A stretch of DNA of 52,282 nt from Desulfobacteraceae bacterium. Lineage in GTDB: Bacteria > Desulfobacterota > Desulfobacteria > Desulfobacterales > Desulfosalsimonadaceae. A model generated the notes under the pieces. It worked only from the letters and a program-made list of their open reading frames with translations, made no database searches and had not been told where the DNA came from. The DNA is taken from NCBI GenBank assembly GCA_021162325.1, contig JAGGYV010000299.1, positions 1 through 52,282 on the forward strand, given 5' to 3'. A program made the translations under genes and the position numbers. Below, piece by piece: positions 48,448 through 52,282 of this stretch. How positions within the stretch are numbered: position 1 is the stretch's first letter; each line of letters opens with the position of its first letter.

Positions 48448-49425
48448 TCATAGATACCTCAATCCCATGCGCCCCGTCGTCGGGTATCCCAGTTTTTCTG
48501 CGGCTCTCAAGCATGCACTTCTCGCCATTGGATTGATATTGACTTCTTCTTCTGTTGGACGAATCACTTTACGGGTCAAAATCCTGACAATTTGTTTCTT
48601 TTTGCAGACACATTTCGGAAAATCCGGCGGGCAGGTGCATTTGCCCTCCAGGCCCTTGAATTGTCTTTTTACAATACGATCTTCAAGGGAATGAAAAGAC
48701 AGGAAACAGATTCTCCCACCAGGATTTAAAAACTCGACGGCACCCGCTATAAACGATTCCAGGACTTCCAGTTCATTGTTAACTGCGATGCGAAGGGCCA
48801 TGAATACTTTTGTGGCAGGATGTTTCCGTCGTTTATGCATCGATCGATTCGGAATCGCACCACATACAATTTCAGACAGATCCGTACTGGTTCGTATTCT
48901 TTGCCCGGTGCGTACGGTAACAATCCGACGGGCAATCTTTTTTGCCCATCGTTCCTCGCCGTAGCTTTTGAAAATTCTTTCGAGACTTTCTGCGGTCTCA
49001 TTATTGATTATATCTGCTGCGGTGACGCCGGAGGCGGCATCCATTCTCATATCAAGGGGCTCGGACTTTAAAAAGCTGAAACCACGACCACTGTTTTCAA
49101 TCTGGTTGAATGAAAGGCCGAGGTCTGCAATGATTCCATCGACCTTGCAGATATTTAATTGTGAAAGGATATTCGGAAGGTTGACATAATTATCATGAAT
49201 CAGGCGAACATTTGAGGAATAAGGCTTAAGCACCTGCACTGCGTTTTGGATTGCATCGGCATCCTGATCAATTCCGATTAACAATCCATCCGGTTTTATC
49301 TTTTCCAGTATGGCACGGGAATGTCCTGCACCGCCGACCGTGCAGTCCACATAGCATTTTCCCGGCTTGCAATTCAGATACGCCATCACTTCACTGCGCA
49401 TCACGGGTATATGTCGATAAATCAC
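48448..49425 (-). CDS. rsmH: 16S rRNA m4C1402 methyltransferase
   Basis: 325 aa. Contains DCTVGGAGHS and SFHSLEDRIVK. Confidence 0.95.
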   Translation of the reverse strand: MIYRHIPVMRSEVMAYLNCKPGKCYVDCTVGGAGHSRAILEKIKPDGLLIGIDQDADAIQNAVQVLKPYSSNVRLIHDNYVNLPNILSQLNICKVDGIIADLGLSFNQIENSGRGFSFLKSEPLDMRMDAASGVTAADIINNETAESLERIFKSYGEERWAKKIARRIVTVRTGQRIRTSTDLSEIVCGAIPNRSMHKRRKHPATKVFMALRIAVNNELEVLESFIAGAVEFLNPGGRICFLSFHSLEDRIVKRQFKGLEGKCTCPPDFPKCVCKKKQIVRILTRKVIRPTEEEVNINPMARSACLRAAEKLGYPTTGRMGLRYL

Positions 49426-49427
49426 GA

Positions 49428-49883
49428 CTATAGCCCTAATTTTGCTATTTCGTTTCGGACCTCCTCTATGTTCATATCCTCATCTTCCATCAGCTTATTT
49501 TCAGCATCCCACTTATCCAAATCCCAGATTTCAAAATGATCTGTCACGCCGGCAAGCACTATATCTTTCTCCAGCGCCGCATAAGTTCTTAGCTTCGGCG
49601 GAATCAAAATCCGCCCCTGCTTATCAAGGGGACATTTTGCCGCATTCCCAATAAAAAAGCGCCTGAAACGGCGCATAGATTCACTTTTTTCAGCCTGAGA
49701 GTCCATCTTCCCCACAACCTCGCCCCACCGACCATAGGAATAAACGAACAGTGCCTTGTCCATACGGGAAACCACCACACCATCACTACCCATAACCTCC
49801 AGCACCTGCCGGAACCTGGAAGGGACAATGATTCGCCCCTTTGCGTCAATAGTATGATCTGAAGCCCCAAAAAAACCGTCCAT
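49428..49883 (-). CDS. mraZ: Transcriptional regulator MraZ
   Basis: 151 aa. FFGASDHTIDAKGRIIVPSRFR and a second DKQGRILIP repeat give the duplicated SpoVT/AbrB-like motif. Confidence 0.95.
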   Translation of the reverse strand: MDGFFGASDHTIDAKGRIIVPSRFRQVLEVMGSDGVVVSRMDKALFVYSYGRWGEVVGKMDSQAEKSESMRRFRRFFIGNAAKCPLDKQGRILIPPKLRTYAALEKDIVLAGVTDHFEIWDLDKWDAENKLMEDEDMNIEEVRNEIAKLGL

Positions 49884-49908
49884 GAAACAAGCCTTCCCCC
49901 ATTAGCAT

Positions 49909-49960
49909 CCACTTTAACCCACTTTTGTTCCAATAATATAGAAAAAGATAAAAATGTCAA
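49909..49960 (-). promoter_or_regulatory. Candidate mraZ promoter plus two phased AAAGTGG boxes (putative MraZ operator)
   Basis: On the minus strand, TTGACA (49960-49955) is followed by a 16-nt spacer and TATTAT (49938-49933). AAAGTGG then occurs at 49925-49919 and 49915-49909, with 10-nt phasing, just upstream of the GGGGGAAGG RBS. Confidence 0.45.
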
Positions 49961-50138
49961 GCAAAATAGTAATATTAATTTTATTTTTTTCTAATAATTA
50001 TTGAATATTAAAAAGTTAAATCTCAAAGTGGAGCTTTGTGGATGGATATTTCAAATAACCATACAAACACCACAAATTCAACCCCAAAACAAAAGAAATT
50101 AGAATCAGACCCGACGCACCTCAAGTAGAGAATTAAAT

Positions 50139-50568
50139 TATCTGGTTATCCACTTCAATTAAGTTCCATAAAAATCTTACTCAACACCATCGTATCTCAT
50201 CAACTCTGAACTGACGCATTTTGCAAAATACGAGATACCAGAAAGTATTTTGCCCTGTAGGGGCCGCACATTTCAGCCCAGGGCAACGCCCTGGGTCTTT
50301 GGTTAATTGAGTTTAGCCCTGAAAGGGCGTGACATGATTTTGCCAAGCCCTATTAATTCATTTCATTAACATTTTGTCACGCCCTTTCAGGGCTGAATCT
50401 ATTTTCGATCTGTTCCCAGGGCGTCGCCCCGGGCTGATATATCATGCCCCTTCAGGGCTTTTCCTCTAACTCCCGGATAACCATTGAAAATTCAATCAAT
50501 ACATTTCAATATATTATACAATATCAAAAAGTTGAGACGACAACTGAAGCGAAGTGGATAACCAGATA
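50139..50568. repeat. 430-bp non-coding element bounded by perfect 18-bp terminal inverted repeats, with nested internal palindromes
   Basis: The ends are TATCTGGTTATCCACTTC (50139-50156) and GAAGTGGATAACCAGATA (50551-50568). Inside is a perfect 20-bp inverted repeat, agccctgaaagggcgtgaca (50315-50334) with tgtcacgccctttcagggct (50375-50394). A second inverted pair lies at 50274-50295 and 50415-50436. Confidence 0.7.
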
Positions 50569-50650
50569 AATCATTTTTAAAAGCAGTCTATTCTGCCTGC
50601 CCTGATTCCCCTCAGCCTTCAGTCTATATACCTGAGTAGTTATTTGTTAT

Positions 50651-51934
50651 TCATGATGCCATCGGAAGATGATTCCAGTTGGTGGTATATGCCGGAGAGC
50701 GCTGTCGGGAGAGGGGCTGCCATTTCTGGTTCGATAGCAGACCGGCTGCCGCATATTTAATTGTGCCGCGGCCCATTTCCGAATTGATCGTGTCTACTGC
50801 TTGCATGAGATGTCGGGATCGCTTCCGGTTTCGTGTATCAAAAAGACCGGTCTGTATCGGAGATTCGCAGACAAGGTCTTTGAAGATGATTCCTGCCTTT
50901 TTATATAAAATTCCGGGTTTATGAATTTCCCGCAGACACTGGTTCGCATAATGGATTAATTCGGGTGTGTCATTGGTAGGGACCGGCAGGTGAGCGGTTG
51001 CGGTATGAAAAGTGTAGTGTGCTCTAAACCGGTTGCTTGCGGCAAATACAAGCATCATGTTGGCCGCAGATCCTTGTGCCCTCAACTTTTCAGCTCCCCT
51101 GGAGGTGTACGCAGCAATCGCGGTTTTTAGATCTTCAAAACAATCGAGTTCCGTGCGAAAGGTCTGGGATACGGTAACTCCTTTTCTGGGGGTCGGCTGA
51201 TTTTCGAGCAGATAACAGGGAATGCCCCGCAGTTCTTGTACCACCCGAACGCCGTTAATTCCCATTATTTTCTGTATCCATTGTTCATCCATACGGGACA
51301 ATGCCAGGGCAGAGGTGATGCCGTATTTGTTGAGCCGGGCGGCATACTGATGTCCGATTCCCCAGATATCATTAATACTGACTGCTTTAAGCGCTTCTTT
51401 AATATCCGGCGTGGTGGCTAGTTTCAACACGCGTCTGCTGCGGTTCCGGGTTTCGATAGTTGATTTTTTGGCCAGGCGGCTGGCGATTTTTGCCAGGGTT
51501 TTGGTCGGTGCAATGCCGATGGCGACCGGAATCCCGGTCCGTTGCTCCACAGTGGCGGCGATTTGCTGGCCGCGATCGGCCAGGGTATTTTGCGGGAAAT
51601 CGGAAAGATCCAGAAACGCTTCGTCAATGGAATAGATTTCAATTTGGTCTGTAAACCGGGACAACGTCTGCATGACGCGTCGGGACATGTCCCCGTAAAG
51701 TGCGTAGTTGGATGAGAAGACCGCAACCTGGTGGGCGTTGATCAGGTGACGGATTTTAAAAGCCGGCGCGCCCATTTTAATCCCAATGGCTTTTGCTTCT
51801 TCTGAACGGGCGACCGCACAGCCGTCGTTGTTTGAAAGGACAATTACAGGTCGGTCCGAAAGTTTTGGGTTAAAAACCCGCTCGCAGGATACATAGAAGT
51901 TGTTGCAGTCGACCAGTGCGAACATGGATTTCAT
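50651..51934 (-). CDS. umuC: Y-family translesion DNA polymerase, UmuC-like (Pol V catalytic subunit)
   Basis: 427 aa. MFALVDCNNFYVSCERVFNPKL...VLSNNDGCAVARSEEAK is UmuC-like. Confidence 0.85.
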   Translation of the reverse strand: MKSMFALVDCNNFYVSCERVFNPKLSDRPVIVLSNNDGCAVARSEEAKAIGIKMGAPAFKIRHLINAHQVAVFSSNYALYGDMSRRVMQTLSRFTDQIEIYSIDEAFLDLSDFPQNTLADRGQQIAATVEQRTGIPVAIGIAPTKTLAKIASRLAKKSTIETRNRSRRVLKLATTPDIKEALKAVSINDIWGIGHQYAARLNKYGITSALALSRMDEQWIQKIMGINGVRVVQELRGIPCYLLENQPTPRKGVTVSQTFRTELDCFEDLKTAIAAYTSRGAEKLRAQGSAANMMLVFAASNRFRAHYTFHTATAHLPVPTNDTPELIHYANQCLREIHKPGILYKKAGIIFKDLVCESPIQTGLFDTRNRKRSRHLMQAVDTINSEMGRGTIKYAAAGLLSNQKWQPLSRQRSPAYTTNWNHLPMAS

Positions 51935-52014
51935 GGGATGTAATCCTTGACGGATTCGTAAAAAAGTTTTGTGACGCCGCAGCGCGGTGTTGTTTCAAAA
52001 AACAATTTTTATAG

Positions 52015-52080
52015 TGTAGGCCGGGTTTCTTACCCGGCGCTTGACATGTTCCATTTGTCGGGAAAGAATCCCGACCTACA
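52015..52080. repeat. Inverted pair of TGTAGG(C/T)CGGG...hairpin units
   Basis: tgtaggccgggtttcttacccggc (52015-52038) and gtcgggaaagaatcccgacctaca (52057-52080). Each unit is itself a small hairpin. Confidence 0.75.
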
Positions 52081-52112
52081 TTTTATTCCACTGGCAAGAA
52101 TGAAGTTATTTT

Positions 52113-52182
52113 AGCCTTTAGCCTTCAGCCTTCAGCCTTCAGCCTTCAGCCTTCAGCCTTCAGCCTTCAGCCTTCAGCCTCT
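52113..52182. repeat. Tandem heptamer array (AGCCTTC)n: 8 perfect plus 2 degenerate units
   Basis: Perfect units span 52120-52175. Degenerate units are agccttt (52113-52119) and agcctct (52176-52182). The array continues into cttaccttctacc, which is the GGTAGAAGG motif inverted. Confidence 0.95.
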
Positions 52183-52201
52183 TACCTTCTACCTGTCTTA
52201 A

Positions 52202-52282
52202 TCAAAGTGAATGCACCACATGGACCACCACCCCCCAGATTTCACAGTCCATGCCATCGGTGAGTTCGATTGCATTATACGC
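52202..52282 (-). CDS. umuD: UmuD/LexA-type S24 peptidase, C-terminal fragment (5' part outside the window)
   Basis: Hand translation gives ...AYNAIELTDGMDCEIWGVVVHVVHSL*. This resembles the UmuD C-terminus (..FGVVIHVV..), and it lies upstream of umuC. Confidence 0.6.
   Translation of the reverse strand, partial: AYNAIELTDGMDCEIWGVVVHVVHSL

Noticed and set aside
50139-50568. DnaA boxes / replication origin (TTATCCAC in both terminal repeats, CCATCCACA at about 50040)
   Set aside because: There are only two or three imperfect boxes. I see no AT-rich DUE pattern and no dnaA/dnaN context. A MITE-like interpretation is simpler.
52113-52182. Possible CRISPR array
   Set aside because: The units are 7 nt long and contiguous with no spacers, and there are no cas genes. 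This is a simple microsatellite.

Overview
This window is mostly core chromosome. Gene content suggests an anaerobic Desulfobacterota (Desulfobacterales-like) bacterium: a multihaem-cytochrome-linked rnf operon, a membrane pyrophosphatase, paired moeA genes and AT-rich intergenic DNA full of palindromic repeats. That assignment is inference only.

Gene order, left to right:
- Minus strand: partial KamA-like radical SAM gene, ubiX, ubiA-like and an AmmeMemoRadiSam-type radical SAM gene (the last three translationally coupled), an orphan MNT nucleotidyltransferase, and a methyltransferase.
- Plus-strand housekeeping block: dapF, moeA, moeA-PBP fusion, archease, rtcB, phosphomannomutase, a GGDEF cyclase, serA, DUF1844, ispE, tRNA-Gln, prs, L25/ctc, pth, hppA, carD and rluD.
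- An orphan 188-aa gene and a cNMP-binding protein.
- Minus-strand octahaem cytochrome c plus rnfCDGEAB.
- A complete minus-strand dcw cluster: mraZ, rsmH, small ORF, ftsL, ftsI, murE, murF, mraY, murD, ftsW, murG, murC, murB, ftsQ, ftsA, ftsZ. There is no ddl.
- umuC and the 3' end of umuD.

Most interesting observations:
1. The Rnf operon is atypical. RnfB is fused to a full GltD/NfnB-like NAD(P)H-FAD oxidoreductase, and the RnfC homologue appears to have lost its glycine-rich FMN/NADH motifs.
2. A roughly 150-nt element occurs twice, in carD-rluD and in murG-murC. Each copy has the same orientation as its flanking genes, and the second copy remodels the ends of murG and murC.
3. A Cys-rich signal-peptide mini-ORF sits inside the dcw operon behind a G10 tract.
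4. Several families of palindromic or heptad repeats are inserted inside operons (moeA-moeA, archease-rtcB, umuD-umuC).

I found no CRISPR array, transposase, integrase or recognisable defence system.
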